NCBI GenBank assembly: GCA_965649765.1
Contig: OZ287754.1
Location: forward strand, 33,108,001 to 33,172,000
DNA: 64,000 nucleotides
Source of the DNA: Bispira polyomma
Lineage: Eukaryota
Direction of reading: 5' to 3'
Shown here: positions 10,111 through 22,490 of the stretch, in pieces
How the letters are laid out: each line of letters begins with the position of its first letter
Position numbering within the stretch: the first letter of the stretch is position 1
Translations under genes and position numbers: made by a program
Notes under the pieces: model-generated
Told to the model about the DNA's origin: nothing
The model's input: only the letters and a program-made list of their open reading frames with translations
Database searches by the model: none

Positions 10111-13100
10111 CCATAAATTATTAGTTAAGGTGACCATAGAAGTATCAAATCAGTTTAAGTTGTTTAGTTAATTTGACCCTACAGTTAAGTTTGAGGTCAC
10201 CCTAGATTAAAAAATGAGGTCATCTTAGCATGAGTTCATTGGTAAAACCCATTGTTTGGGTTGAGGTAAATTTAGATATCTAAATGAGTACAATATGTAC
10301 TAGAAGACAATAAGAGTACCTTATGCCCAGAGACAGTACCAGTTTCTTTACTGTCAGTCAATTAGCTAGTTGCTTAAGTGGAGAAAACGAATTGCTGCAA
10401 TGTGGACATAAGTTAGACAACCTGAGGAAGCTGAAGAAACTGACCAAGTATACAACCTTGAATACCTGATCCATGTACATAGAGTCACACTTTTTGGCAA
10501 ACACCAGCATTAGTGGTAAGTCAAATATACTTTTAAACTTGGCCTGTAAAGGTCCGTGGAGCTTAAGAGCTCGATGGTAGTATCCAATTTTTGGGTCAGC
10601 GAAGGCATCCAAATTGACATTTACTAGGATAAATTGAGCCTTAATGGCTGAAAGATAATTCAGAAAATGTGAAGGGGAAACCCTATTACAGGTCCGGAAT
10701 TCAAAAAAATATAAAAATGTATTCACCTGTGCTGGGGGGCACCTCATGAAGGCCCCAAATGCCAGAAAAAGCCTAAACAATCTATCATAAGCTTTACAGG
10801 TAGAACTAGCAACACCAGGATTCAGTCTCTGAACAGCTCTTGCTGTGAGTATTTTGAATTTGAATTGGGATATTTAGCGTCCACTCTAGTACCTGTTTAT
10901 GTTATTTTTGGACGGGTAGGTGAAGGAAACACTGGATACAGTTGATCAAGGTTTCGCACTGAAACCAGCTGCCCACAGTAAGGAACTACCACCTTTCCCA
11001 CATAGGCATTGACGGAAGTCGAACTCACGCCACCCAGAGGTGAGAGACCAGTGATTGTGAAGCACAATGCTTGCTAACCACTAGGCCATCGCACCCCCCC
11101 CCTAGCTGTGAGTAAAGCCACCCCTGGATGCTAAACTATGTAAAAGTAATATAAATAAACATACATTTAATGTCAGGGTTGACATACAATAAAGACTGTT
11201 AAGTGTGTAGCCACTCTACTTGCCCAACCAACTCACACAACAGCTTGTGGTTGGTCGTTGTTTCCTGCCACCTAGAAAGCAAGTCTGCAACCTTGTTCTT
11301 AGCCCCCATGATGTGTACCACATTGAGTTCTATGTCAAATTGACTGATTAACATGTAAATGTTTCTTGAATACGTGGCCAAAATCGGATCTCTGGTTTTG
11401 CCACTCTGTAGAATACTGACTAACAGCTTATGGCCCTGCCACACCTGAGCCCAAATTTTCAATGCTACCAAGATATTAGGCATTTATAAAGTTGCAATAT
11501 TATCTTGATTCATGTGCTGTGGTATTTTTTAATTGATAAACTTGGTTACCATGGATACCCTGATACCTGTTAAACAGGCATCAAGTTCAATTTGTGCTGT
11601 GCCTTTTCGGTGGGAGAAAAAGGACACCCCATTAAACTGCTCCATGAATGTAGTAAACCAATTTAGGTCTCTCTTGAATTCAGTGTTTATTTTTATTCTG
11701 CTTTTGCTATGATTTGCCCTCAGGATTTCCAACATGTAATTTAAGAATACTCGAGCATACATAATGCATTTAGCTACATAAAGTAGAAGACCCAATAAAG
11801 AGTGTAGTTCCTGTTTAGTACAGTGGCTTTTGCCCTGCCACTTAACACAAGCTGCTTTAATTTCCATTAGCTTTTCATTTGGTATGGAACAAGTGAAATT
11901 TTCGGTGTTTATTACTATTCCTAAACATACTACCTCTGTAGCAGGTGGAACCAGTTTCTTCTGACTAACTGTTAAGCCTAGTTCCGCCAAAAGTGCCTGC
12001 AATTGGACATAATTCTTGTCAATCATGCTGGGAAGCAAAATCGTTAAAAAATCGTCTATGTAGTTGTGGACAACAAAGTCCTCTGATCTCAACCTGACAC
12101 TGTCCGATGCAAATTTTAGATGAGACTCAAACTATCAAAATCCAGGGGAAATCCGTATTTTATCAGCAAAGGCAACTGCCAATCCCAATAATTAACAAAA
12201 TATTTAGCCCAGACCTGTGCATTAAGTTGGGAGGGGACAGGTATTTACGAACCACAATAATTGCCGGCTCTGATAATTTCATGCATTTCTAAAATACTTT
12301 TCTGTTCATGTTGTTTACTGACATCAAATATTTTATCACACAGAGCACTAACAGGTGTAAACCCATAGGGGAAGTTGTTCTGTTTTTGCCATTCTATGAA
12401 AGTATCAACATTCTGTGCTTTTTCTAACAGAAGCTTTTAATTTTGCTTTTGTCGCAACTCCAATAAATACTTATCCGACCCCCCATTGTCTTCATCTGTG
12501 TTGCTAGTGGTTTTTCCACGCTCTTTTGTCACTATATGAGAACAAGGTGTGACTACTGGGCCTCCACCCTTATTGACACATCGTCTGTCCCTGATTGTTC
12601 TAGTCATGTTGACATTTTTGACAACTTTGGCCACTCTGCCATTGTGTACATTATGTGTGCTTATTTGTGTTACCACACCATTATTAAGATAGCCGCTGGG
12701 GCCTCCACCCCAGTCAAGCTCCCACTTTTGTGTGTCAATTACATTGGCACCTTTTGTTCTGGAGATGTTACTAACACCTCTATCACCTTTATGTTTACTG
12801 TGAGTGGTGTCACATTCAACACCAGCCAACACCCTATCCCCATTGTTCCCTTCACACCTTTCCCCCAAGACTTTCTATCTGTTGTTAAGGCTCATGTTTT
12901 GGGCACTGGGGTATTTGGGCCATTGTTTAACTTTTCCTGGTATACCACATTTTCGCACCTGGCTTTTGCTTTGGTCAATATGACCCCCACGCGGGATTCG
13001 TTTCGATCACCACATTTACATTCGTGAGAGGCTTTTCTCCCTTTAAATTTGTACATACACTTTTGCTTGAGTTTATGTCACTTTTTTGACCCGCACCCGC

Positions 13101-14510
13101 AACATAATTCCTTACTGCATCACTATAACTAGTACTTTTTCCCCTTGTAATATTGACACATTTTATGTACAATTCCGATACAAAGTAGATTAAACTAGGT
13201 AAAACCTGACTTGTACACCATTCTAGTTAATACCGGATCATTTACTAAATCTTTAACCACTGCACTGCTGCAGTGGCCCCTTAGTTTTTTGTCACCTTTT
13301 TTGTGCATGTGTTTGTTTTATGACTGCCGTCGTACGTTTCACAGGTGTGCTTATAAAATTGAGTGTCCGTTATGTGGTTGGCTCGGTACTTGCAGATTCC
13401 TTCTTGAAAAACCTGCATGTAACAGAGCCTTGTTTGGCCCCTGTCTTTTTGACGCCATTTTGCAAATTGCAACCCAAATTTCCTGGCGTAGTGGTTGGAA
13501 TTATGTGCCTTTGCGCGTGGGCTCTGCATTTTATCAGCGTCAGTCCAGTTAAGCCTGTCCATCTCCATATTGGTTAATATTACTGCATGGCAAGCTTTGG
13601 CGGCCTCCCAGGAAAAATCCTGAGTGTCCTCCATTAACCTCCCCATGTAGTCCAACATGGCCACCCTGACCTCAGAACACTTTTCGTCTTGTATGATTCG
13701 GGTGAACCCTCATACCCATTGAACTAGGGATAAATCATGATATGTGCGCCTGGCTTTTGAACAACTGTATAATACATAGTTTTGAGGCCAATCTACAACA
13801 CACTTTACAATCACATCTACCCCACCTGCCCCTTGAGATTTAACCTTACCTTGGGGGTTTTTATTTCGGGTTTTTAACTCAGTGAGCCGCTGCTCTACCT
13901 GTGTTTGAATTTAAACGTATTACTTTAGAAATTCAACGCTAGGTACTATGTTGTCGTTACCATCGCTCACTGGGCCACAAAGCTGGCAGAACTATTTTCA
14001 GACACAGAAACAGGGTTTCTAGCCTTTGTTCCGTTGCTCTCAGACAGCGCCGCCTCAGTCAGCTGCACCTGTTTGTCCATTTGTTCTATAACTTGATTCA
14101 TAGTTTTTAACTGATTTAAAATGGCCATCAAAACAGAATCGTTCAGCTCACCATTTACTGTAGACTCCTGGGTGCTGCTGCCTTGGCTAGCTTGATTCAC
14201 AACAGAACAGTACTTCCCCGTAGGTCTCTCATGCTTTTCTAAACATTTGGAACACGAATATACTTTTACAGGAGGCATGACTAGGTACAAGTTTGACAAA
14301 TAAAACACTAAAATATAAAATAATTATTTAAATTCCAGTATTTCTTTTGTTTTATTTACTTGGTGTTCTGCAAACTTGGAAAGAGCGGCAAAAATTAAAA
14401 GGGTGTGGGCTTATATAGTCACTGGCAGCCCTCCCCCCTCACGATTAGCCTGGTATCCCAGAACTGAATTACATATCGCCAAGGCGTTACACCATACAGT
14501 ATGTTTATAA
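10111..14510 (-). mobile_element. Degenerate tyrosine-recombinase retrotransposon E3 (same group as E1)
   Basis: gag from 14278 (CSKCLEKHERPTGKYC; C-terminal Cys/His cluster at 13281-13420); RT with NYIDD; RNase H (ELDACLTG, NKVADLLSRW); YR N-terminal half (FFSFLRLSNLCPH) truncated at 10358. Confidence 0.9.
10852..11104 (-). mobile_element. Second copy of the same tRNA SINE, inserted in the E3 YR ORF
   Basis: Highly similar to 9840-10096. TSD gctgtgagta at 10842-10851 and 11105-11114. Removing it restores HPGVALLTARAVQRLNPGVASSTCKAYDRLFRLF, homologous to the E1 YR N-terminus. Confidence 0.92.
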
Positions 14511-16004
14511 ATTAAATTTACTGTTATGCAATTTTAAAAGAGGCAAAACAACAACACTCGTTTAGTGTAAACTATTGCAGTATAGAGAACAATATAATAT
14601 CCCTGGCATCCTAATGTGGCTTTTGAGAGGCCTTTTGATGGACATAGTTGAGTGGAAGGATCTGACCCATTTAAGTGAATATCCATGATAGCTATCTTAG
14701 TCTAAAAGCCCCTCCAATGTCATGACCGGTGCTATCAAAAGCAGCTGAAAGATAAAAAATATAAATTAAGGGACAGTTGTTTTAATACAACTGATTAATT
14801 CCAGTTTGCAGTAAAAATTTATGCAAACTTGTTTCACCTGCTTCACTTGATGAATTTTCTGTTTTAAAAAATGAGAAATATTGCTATTGTTCTTAGATGT
14901 TCATTTATGATGTTCATTTAAGATGTTTTACTAAGGAGGTTGTATAGGAAAAAACTGTCTTCTGGATCTGTCCTTTCATAACAATATATTATTATCATAC
15001 AACAATGAAGTATTGATATACATGATTATTTACTGGTACTTGAATTCTGTCCAAGTAGTTTTAGACAAAGATAATAATTACTTCAATCACACTTTGTATA
15101 ATGGTCTCAAATGCTTGGAAACATTTTGCCTATCACATTGTGTATTTAAGATTTGAAACATTTTTACCACAAACAAATTCTATTAAATGGATAAAATTCT
15201 AGCTGCTTTGCAATTCAGGCATAACATTAAACCATCATGGAGAGTCTAATGAAAAGATCGCATTTTTCTATTTTGCTAGGAATATTATTAAACATGGCCT
15301 GTTTTACAGCTGTGTCTGGTATGTCAAATGATTTTGTTTGTTATTTTTAATGCAACTTGCAACATGTCCATGAAGTATTTGTATATGTTTGTATAGTTTT
15401 GTATGGACAATATATCTTTTTGCAGTTGTAATTAATTTTATTTATTAGGTTACAATAGACACTTAATTAGTCAAACACCAATGAGATTGAAAATTATTGT
15501 TCAAATAAGAAAACTTTTATAAACTAAAAGAGGTATTATAGTGTACACAATTATAAATCATAATTTTTTGGAAATCAACATTGAGCTAATGTCATTAAAT
15601 ATTACGGTAACTTGCTGTATATTTGTATGAATCTCCAATTTATGTATCTTTTGACCAGAAATTTGATTTCTCTGTCAAGATCAAATGTACCTGATCATTC
15701 TGATCATTGTGTACAGATACTAAGCATTGACCAATGGTCACCTGACGTTTATTGGTACTTAGAAACCGTGTGGTAGTGCTGACATTTTATTATAGGGAAG
15801 AAAAGGTGTTTTGTTCTAGATGCAACACAGATCGGTAGGGACTTAATTTCAAAGAAATCTCCAGCCAGATGCACAGAGAGTACATGGTGGTATTCATGAA
15901 GTGGCAGTAGGCAGTTGTACTAGTAATGATTAGGTAAAGCACCTCTGGGTCTGTCTGTCTTCGTCTTGGTGACCTCTTTCAAAGCCCGGTGATGCTGTCC
16001 TCCA

Positions 16005-16386
16005 ACTGATTTATCGCTGTCATCCTAAGTTATCTTTTTCCTGAGTTATGTTTCACTCGGGCCTTTGTAACGACCTATCTTTTGGAAAGTCTGAGTTATC
16101 CTTTCACTCAGACCATTTCTAACTACCTATAATTACAGATGGAAAGATAAGCCATGATGTGGATAGGTGAATTTTTCAGCGATTTTGGTCCTTGGAAGAG
16201 CTAATTAAAAAGGATGGAAAAATAACTCGTTGAAAGTTTTAAAAACCTTGCCGAAGGACCCTGAGTGGTCCGAATGTCAAAGAAAAGTCTTGTTACCTCA
16301 ACAACCTCCCCGATTATGTCAACAGGTATGCCCGATCGGATAATTGTAATGGTCGGGGGCTATGTTTGGTATAGTAGAACAGGGGT
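16005..16386. mobile_element. Terminal fragment of the PIF/Harbinger family (H3)
   Basis: Inverted copy of the H1 subterminal region 20770-21200. Ends GGGGGCTATGTTTGGTATAGTAGAACAGGGGT, like the H2 end at about 32640-32672. Confidence 0.8.
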
Positions 16387-17127
16387 AGCTGTAAGATTAT
16401 GGGGTCCTGTGTGTGCCAAGAGTAAAAAAAATCACAAATGTGATAATTTTGTGATTTCATGGATGTAAACATACAACAATGTTCTGTTGATTATATTCTA
16501 ACATATCTAGAATCTTGAGATCTGACGTCTGTTACACCATCAGAATTTATCCGTCAGGGAGGGAAAATTGGGAGGTCTGTCCGATTTTTAAACAAAAATT
16601 AAGACAAAAAATTAAAATATTTAGTACAAATCGGATGAAAGTAAGCGCTACATCAGCTGATGACGGATCAGCTCAGATTTTAATAAATGGACCAATGTCG
16701 ATCTGGGAAATATGTTGAAAGGAACCACTTCCTAATATTGATTAATGACTGATTAAATTGGCCGACATGGGCTGAGAAAAACATGCTGAAAGGAAGCCTA
16801 GGCTTAGGTAGGCCTTCATATTGTTTTTGAGAAGAAACTGTGCTTTGTTAGCCAAACTAAATTTTTGTACAATTCTAGTATTATTAGTTGGTATATGATA
16901 TTACAGTGTGTGACAACAATGTATATAAATAGATGTTCTCAAAGTAAAGAGTTAAATAGAGTCACCCTTGCCTCACCTTACTGAAAGCTTATTTTCTATG
17001 ATTTGATAATATGTCAGACTTTTTGGCGCTTTTGACTGGAAAAGGAAAAATCACTATCAAACACAACTCCCGGGTTCCTCACTTTATCAGTTGGGGATAA
17101 CAGTGTTCCAAGAATGTTTACTGGAAA

Positions 17128-17397
17128 CTAATTTAACAGTTCAGCACGTTGAGTGCCCGAGCCAAACAATATGAATTTGGTTTTATCAGGATTCAGCTTG
17201 AGCTTATTTAGCGTCATCCAATTTTGAACATCTACTAAGCATTTCTGAAGGACTTCCAGGGCACCAATTAATGTGTTTGGAGTAAGGGGCACGTAGATCT
17301 GTGCATTATCTGCATAGAAGTGATATTTCAGAGAAGAATAAGAGGAAATAATTTTGCTGAGGGGTGTAGTATATAATGAAAATAGGAGTGGTCCAGG
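17128..17397 (-). mobile_element. L2/CR1-like LINE RT fragment
   Basis: GPLLFSLYTTPL...HFYADNAQIY...WMTLNKLKLNPDKT. Confidence 0.88.
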
Positions 17398-17464
17398 AGT
17401 TGATACAGTAGACACAAGGACCAATATATTTATAGAGGTCTGTTTTAATTTTATGTTGTCACAG

Positions 17465-17558
17465 GATCCTGTATGGTACCATTTATTGAAAGAAATGGAC
17501 ATTGTTATCTGTTTAAGTTATCTGCCGCTGATGATGTTACATGGGACACTGCATCTGG
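17465..17558 (+). CDS. C-type lectin membrane protein, first visible exon (SCMVPFIERNGHCYLFKLSAADDVTWDTAS)
   Basis: CTLD N-terminal pattern C...F....GHCY.F.....TW..A. Acceptor cacag at 17464, donor gtaaga at 17559. Upstream signal-peptide exon not identified. Confidence 0.85.
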
Positions 17559-17897
17559 GTAAGACATTCTGTTTGAAACCTTCTTTTTGATAAATTTCTG
17601 TAAAATCATCTTTACAAATGTGGATATTAAAATGACCATATATTACAGTTCTCACTTCCAAAAGATCTTGAACTCAGATAACACTCACATATCAGACACA
17701 TAGATTGCTTTATTGAGGGGTATCAAAGATATGTCACTTTTTATTTTAGAAGCACTTCCAGAGATAAACTATTATTAAACTAGTTACTTGTAAAAACCTA
17801 TGATCTATTCTGAGATGAATTTCAATGTTTTTATCTTCCATAAATACCTCTCTTTACTATGGTGATCATGATGTGCCAGCAACAATGTATTTTTCAG

Positions 17898-18040
17898 CCT
17901 TTGTTTTTCTTACACTTCCAACAAAGGATCCTTGGTCACTATACTCACTTTAGAAGAACAAAACTTTATACACACTTATGTCAATGTCAACCATCATCCA
18001 CCAATGTATGTTTGGATAGGAATGTACAAAGTGCATATGG
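17898..18040 (+). CDS. C-type lectin exon (LCFSYTSNKGSLVTILTLEEQNFI...VWIGM)
   Basis: C...GxLV.I...EEQ.FI and WIGL-like motifs. Acceptor tttcag, donor gtaagg; phases fit. Confidence 0.9.
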
Positions 18041-18223
18041 GTAAGGCAAAGTCTACATTAATAGTAAAGTTATTCCAAACCCTCTACTTATACAGATTGA
18101 CTCTAATAACATGTGCCTGAGGATCGTCCATAACATGTTATAGTCCTCCTGTTGGTGGGGCTGGTGCTTCCTCTAGCATATAGCAAAATCTACCTTTTGC
18201 GGACTGACTTACTTTTGTCTGTT

Positions 18224-18339
18224 CCAGGGCCTGTATTTACGAAGGGACTTGGCCAAGTCTTTGGCCGTAATCAGTACACTTGTGTGCTATACTTAAGCCT
18301 AAGACTTGGCTTAAGTAATTTCGTGAATACAGGCCCTGG
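18224..18339. mobile_element. Palindromic MITE, 116 bp
   Basis: TIRs CCAGGGCCTGTATTTACGAA / TTCGTGAATACAGGCCCTGG. Confidence 0.8.
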
Positions 18340-18639
18340 TTATTATTATTAATACTGATCTGAGGCATCTTCTAAAGCAGAACAACAGAATCAGTTTAGT
18401 CCAATCATGTAGTACATAAATGTAGCCAGGTCATAAGGAAGGTTGTGGTGGTGCACAGGAGGGAATCAAGGTGGATAAGCGAGCTTCAAAATATAGGTTT
18501 TAAGTGTTTCTGGTGATCTGAGCTTAACTGGGAGACTGTTCCTTAACATCGGGGCTGCTGTTGAGAAAGCTCTGGATCCTTCTTGGTGGGGTTAACAGAG
18601 GAAACAAAAAGTATATTACTGTGTTCTAAGAATGAGTCA

Positions 18640-18760
18640 GGATTTGATCCGATCAAGGACAGTGCCATGCAGTCTAAACCATTGTTTGAGGGTGTCGAAA
18701 AGTAAGCCATGGTCAATGGTATCAATGGTATCATTGCCAGGTATTTCGTTGTGATCCAAG
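18640..18760 (-). mobile_element. L2/CR1-like LINE RT fragment
   Basis: DTIDHGLLFDTLKQWFRLHGTVLD. Confidence 0.7.
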
Positions 18761-19053
18761 GCAATGATTCTATTTTTTATGTATACATACCATAATACCA
18801 GCTGTGTTGTACAAATCTTAAAATTTGGAAAAATGCTCATATTTCTAATGTATTTTGGTTCAATCCTGTTGTTTCATGTACTATTTATTTTATTTACAAT
18901 TGTTTCTAACGTTATGTTAACATTTCCATGTGTGTATTAACTTCCATATATTTTTGGCATGTTGAATGTAATTTTGAATGTTTCAATCCCAATGTAGACA
19001 TATCTATAGTTTTTTGTTAATCCCACAAAACCAAGCTAATAGAAACATTACAG

Positions 19054-19236
19054 GATTACCATATATCTGGATTGATGGCAGTCCTACAGAATATACACAC
19101 TGGGCACCAGGAGAACCGGATGAAATGGATGGCACACAGAACTGTGTCCGTATGAACAGCTACACTGGCATGTGGGAAGACTATTTGTGTGATTCATGCA
19201 ACCAGTGGCAAGGTTATATCTGTAAATACAAACTGG
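19054..19236 (+). CDS. C-type lectin exon with sugar-binding motifs (WIDGS...YTHWAPGEPD...NCV...WEDYLC...YICK)
   Basis: Canonical CTLD C-terminal half. Acceptor ttacag at 19053, donor gtaggt at 19237 (phase 1). Confidence 0.92.
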
Positions 19237-19896
19237 GTAGGTATGTGGGGAGACTACCTCTGTGATTCATACAACCAGTGGCAAGGTTATATCTGTAAAT
19301 ACAAACTGGGTAGGTATGTGGGGATACTACCTCTTGATTCTATAGACCAGTGGAATGGTTATATCTGTAAATACAAACTGGGTAGGTATGTAGGGAGACT
19401 ACCTCTTGATCCTATACACCAGTGGAATGGTTATATCTGTAAATACAAACTGGGTAGGTATGTGGGGAGACTACCTCTGTGATTCATACAACCAGTGGCA
19501 TGGCTACATCTGTAAACACAAACTGGGTAGGTATGTTGGGAGACTACCTCTTGATCCTATAGACCAGTGGAATGGTTATATCTGTAAATACAAACTGGGT
19601 AGGTATGTAGGGAGACTACCTCTTGATCCTATACACCAGTGGAATGGTTATATCTGTAAATACAAACTGGGTAGGTATGTGGGAAGACTACCTCTGTGAT
19701 TCATACAACCAGTGGCATGGCTACATCTGTAAACACAAACTGGGTAGGTATGTTGGGAGACTACCTCTGTGATTTTATAGACCAGTGGCAAGGCTACATC
19801 TGTAAATACAAACAGGGTTGGTGTATGGGAAGACTACCTTTGTGATCCATACAACCAGTGGCATATTTATATCTGTAAATACAAATGCAGATAGGC
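19169..19896 (+). repeat. 72/73-bp tandem repeat, 10 copies, spanning the lectin exon 3' end and splice donor
   Basis: acaaac anchor at 19228, 19301, 19373, 19445, 19518, 19590, 19662, 19735, 19808 and 19881. Confidence 0.95.
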
Positions 19897-20313
19897 TAAT
19901 TTATATGAATATTGTTTTGACCAGTCAATGTCCATAGAGAAAGCGAAATCTAGCAGTTGCCCAGTTAACAGAATCAGATATTTTCTAGTGTTATAGATTT
20001 TTATAGCCGAACAATGTTTTCTAGTTAAACTATACTTGTTATTATGGAAATAGGTGTAGGTCTTAATCTACTTAGAGGCACTATCTTGTAACATCAGAAG
20101 AGATAAACAAAACATAGATTCTGGACTGGTTGGGTTGGTATCATTGATGTAATCAGTCTATGTTTGTTGAAGCTTTACAGTGAAATATTCAAATGTTTTA
20201 ATATTGTTTATATGTGCAATCAGTTTATTTCAAAGTAGCCAATTTTATAATTTTTGGTATATGTACCTATTTTGGGTTAAGATTTTTGTTATATGTACCT
20301 ATTTTTGGTGAAG

Positions 20314-20418
20314 ATAAATTCCCAAGTACAACAGTCTCCACCACATCACCATCCACTACAGTTGTACAGGCTTCACCCACAACTTCAGACTTGGGAAACT
20401 CACCCCCACACCAACCAG
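20314..20418 (+). CDS. C-type lectin Ser/Thr/Pro-rich stalk exon (DKFPSTTVSTTSPSTTVVQASPTTSDLGNSPPHQP)
   Basis: Mucin-like composition. Acceptor aag at 20313, donor gtatgt at 20419, phase 1-1. Confidence 0.8.
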
Positions 20419-21393
20419 GTATGTATCAAAACTTTATGTACAACTAGTTTTACCGAATAAAACATACAACCGGTTCCCGGTATATCCTCCATACACAATG
20501 TTCTCAATGTCATATTTCAAATGTAATGCCTCCAAAGCCGGTTCTGGTAATCGCTCTTTGATTCTAAAAATAAAAGTATATTTACTCATTGAGTTCAGAA
20601 AACAATGCCAAGCCTCTTGTAAGATAACGATTCCCTTCTAACAGTAGATCTCCTAAATAATAACATAAATGTGTCATATATTAGGGCATTATAACACTAA
20701 ACCTAAATATTTTGATACTTCAAGCTGTAAGAAAACCATGACAGGGTAATTCTTAAATTGAGGATGACATCCATTCGGTCCTTTGCGAGGTTTCCAACAT
20801 GTTTGAAAACATCCGTGAGTGAGTAATCATCAGCCGATAAGTCATTGTCACTCGAGGTCACTCGTAACCTTTCAACGAGTTATTTTTCCATCCAACAACT
20901 TATTTTTTCAATCGATCCCTCCCAGGACCCAAATCGCTAGAAAATTCATTTATCCACATCCCGGCTTATCTTCCCATCTGTAATAGGTCGGATGATGCCG
21001 TCATATCATCACTTTCCCGCGTTATTGAATCTTGTGCCAACGGTAGGTTGTTAGAAATGGCCCGAGTGAAAGAATAACTCTGGCTTTCCAAAAGATAGGT
21101 CGAAAAGATAACACAGGAAGACAAAAGATAGGTTATTAAAAAGCCCAAGTAAAAAGACAACTCGAGGAAGACAAAAGATAACTCGAGGGTGACAGCGATA
21201 ACTCTGGCAAAAAATCTTTTTGGCCAACGAGTGTTTGGGGGGGAGGTGGGGTTGCAGAAGATATAAAAGGGGGCCGTTATAGTCGTCTTCATCACATTTT
21301 GTTCAAGCTTCCAGAGAGTACACATCTATTGGGCCCCCAAATTTTATTTTACTGAGAAAGTGTGTTTATTTTTTATTAATATACAATATTATA

Positions 21394-22166
21394 ATGCCAC
21401 CAAAAAGGAAATCAAACAAAAGGAGGATAGAGACAGTGTAGGAGGAGGAATACAGAGAGTTCTATATGGGGAGACACTTCGGGAAGAAAGCTGAGACCGC
21501 TGGGGAAAGTTAAGTGGCTGGTTTCATCAGGAGGCAGAATAATATAATCAGCATACAGGTGATGTTAAGCTGAGAGATCATTTTACTGAGGGGAGTGGCA
21601 TACTCTTGAAGCGGAGAAACTTCCCGACCAGTACATCAAGTAACTCAGGAAAGAAGCATTCTACCAGGTCTGCAATATCCAAGAGAGGGCTTCTATTTGT
21701 CAGCAAGTCTTTCCAACTGCAACAATGTCAACAACCTATTATCCCGTATCAGATGGCAGCCCTTCCTTCATCCTACAGCAACAAGGACACTTTGTCTACC
21801 ACTAGGCACCAAGTAGACAACAGCCACCACGGCCTCCACAGCACTCACTGGGCAAGCCACCACACCAGTCCATTCCGGTTGTCACAAACATATCCTAGCT
21901 GGAAGTTTGATGGCCAGCACAAATGGTGTTTAGTACTACCAGGCTCCCACACCTAAATCAGACATCCTCAACACAGCCTCAGTCTCAACACTGGTAAGAT
22001 ATTTGTAAATGGCCACGGGGACATTCGGTACCAGAACATTGACACTCCTAAAACTTTCACGCCTCTAGGACCAGACACTCAGCAGACAGACACAGACACA
22101 ACCACTTGCACCGCAACCTTCACAACCACTTTGTCATCAGCCAGCACCACCTCCACAGACCATTAG
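21394..22166 (+). pseudogene. Harbinger accessory ORF2 of H1, disrupted
   Basis: Starts MPPKRKSNKRRIE. KLPDQYIK.LRKEAFYQVCNIQ and SDILNTASVSTLVR align to H2 ORF2 (KLADEHFNHFRREAFNLVNVIQ, SDLLNASTASTLLR). TATAAAA at 21262. Last frame ends TAG 22164-22166. Confidence 0.65.
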
Positions 22167-22199
22167 ACAGCCTCCACTCCACTCATCAGCAACCAAAAA

Positions 22200-22220
22200 G
22201 GCTCTTTTCAGGGCCACCCA
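22200..22220 (+). terminator. Histone-type 3' stem-loop after H1 ORF2
   Basis: CCAAAAA-GGCTCT-TTTC-AGGGCC-ACCCA (one U.G pair), 33 nt after the stop codon. Confidence 0.8.
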
Positions 22221-22470
22221 AAACTTCCAAAAACAATGTCTAAGCTTTGTTGTTCATCAAAAAATTTAAAAAAAAACCCGATGACAAGAACCAAACTGAC
22301 TCACACATAGTTTAACTCACGTATATTTTTTTCCATTTATTTTTGTAGGGGGCAAGTCGTTTTTGTTTCTGTGTGTATGTGAGTTAAGTCATTTGTGTGG
22401 GCAGTTTGCTTCTTGTCAAGGGAGCTTTTAAAAAAATCATAACCAATAACAAAACCTCAGATATTGTTTT

Positions 22471-22490
22471 TGGTGGCCCTGAAAAGGGCC
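22471..22490 (-). terminator. Histone-type 3' stem-loop after H1 transposase
   Basis: Minus strand AAAA-GGCCCT-TTTC-AGGGCC-ACCA, 28 nt after TAA (22519-22521). Confidence 0.85.

Noticed and set aside
12536-13577. Plus-strand ORFs over E3 (and similar shadows over E1, H1 and H2)
   Set aside because: Antisense to recognisable transposon frames; no motifs of their own.
14581-14690. YREQYNIPG... after ttgcag as the terminal alkaline phosphatase exon
   Set aside because: Out of phase with the phase-1 donor at 4373 (gives GTA TAG), and similarity is limited to EQ..IP.
19189-19699. ORFs 19189-19482 and 19406-19699 as extra lectin genes
   Set aside because: They are translations of the intronic tandem copies of the exon end.
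21394-21440. MPPKRKSNKRR / MAPKRKSKKGR starts as histone H2B/H1 genes, which would explain the stem-loops
   Set aside because: No histone-fold sequence follows. The downstream blocks match between the two transposon ORF2s, and two of the three stem-loops follow unmistakable transposases. The basic start is better read as an NLS.
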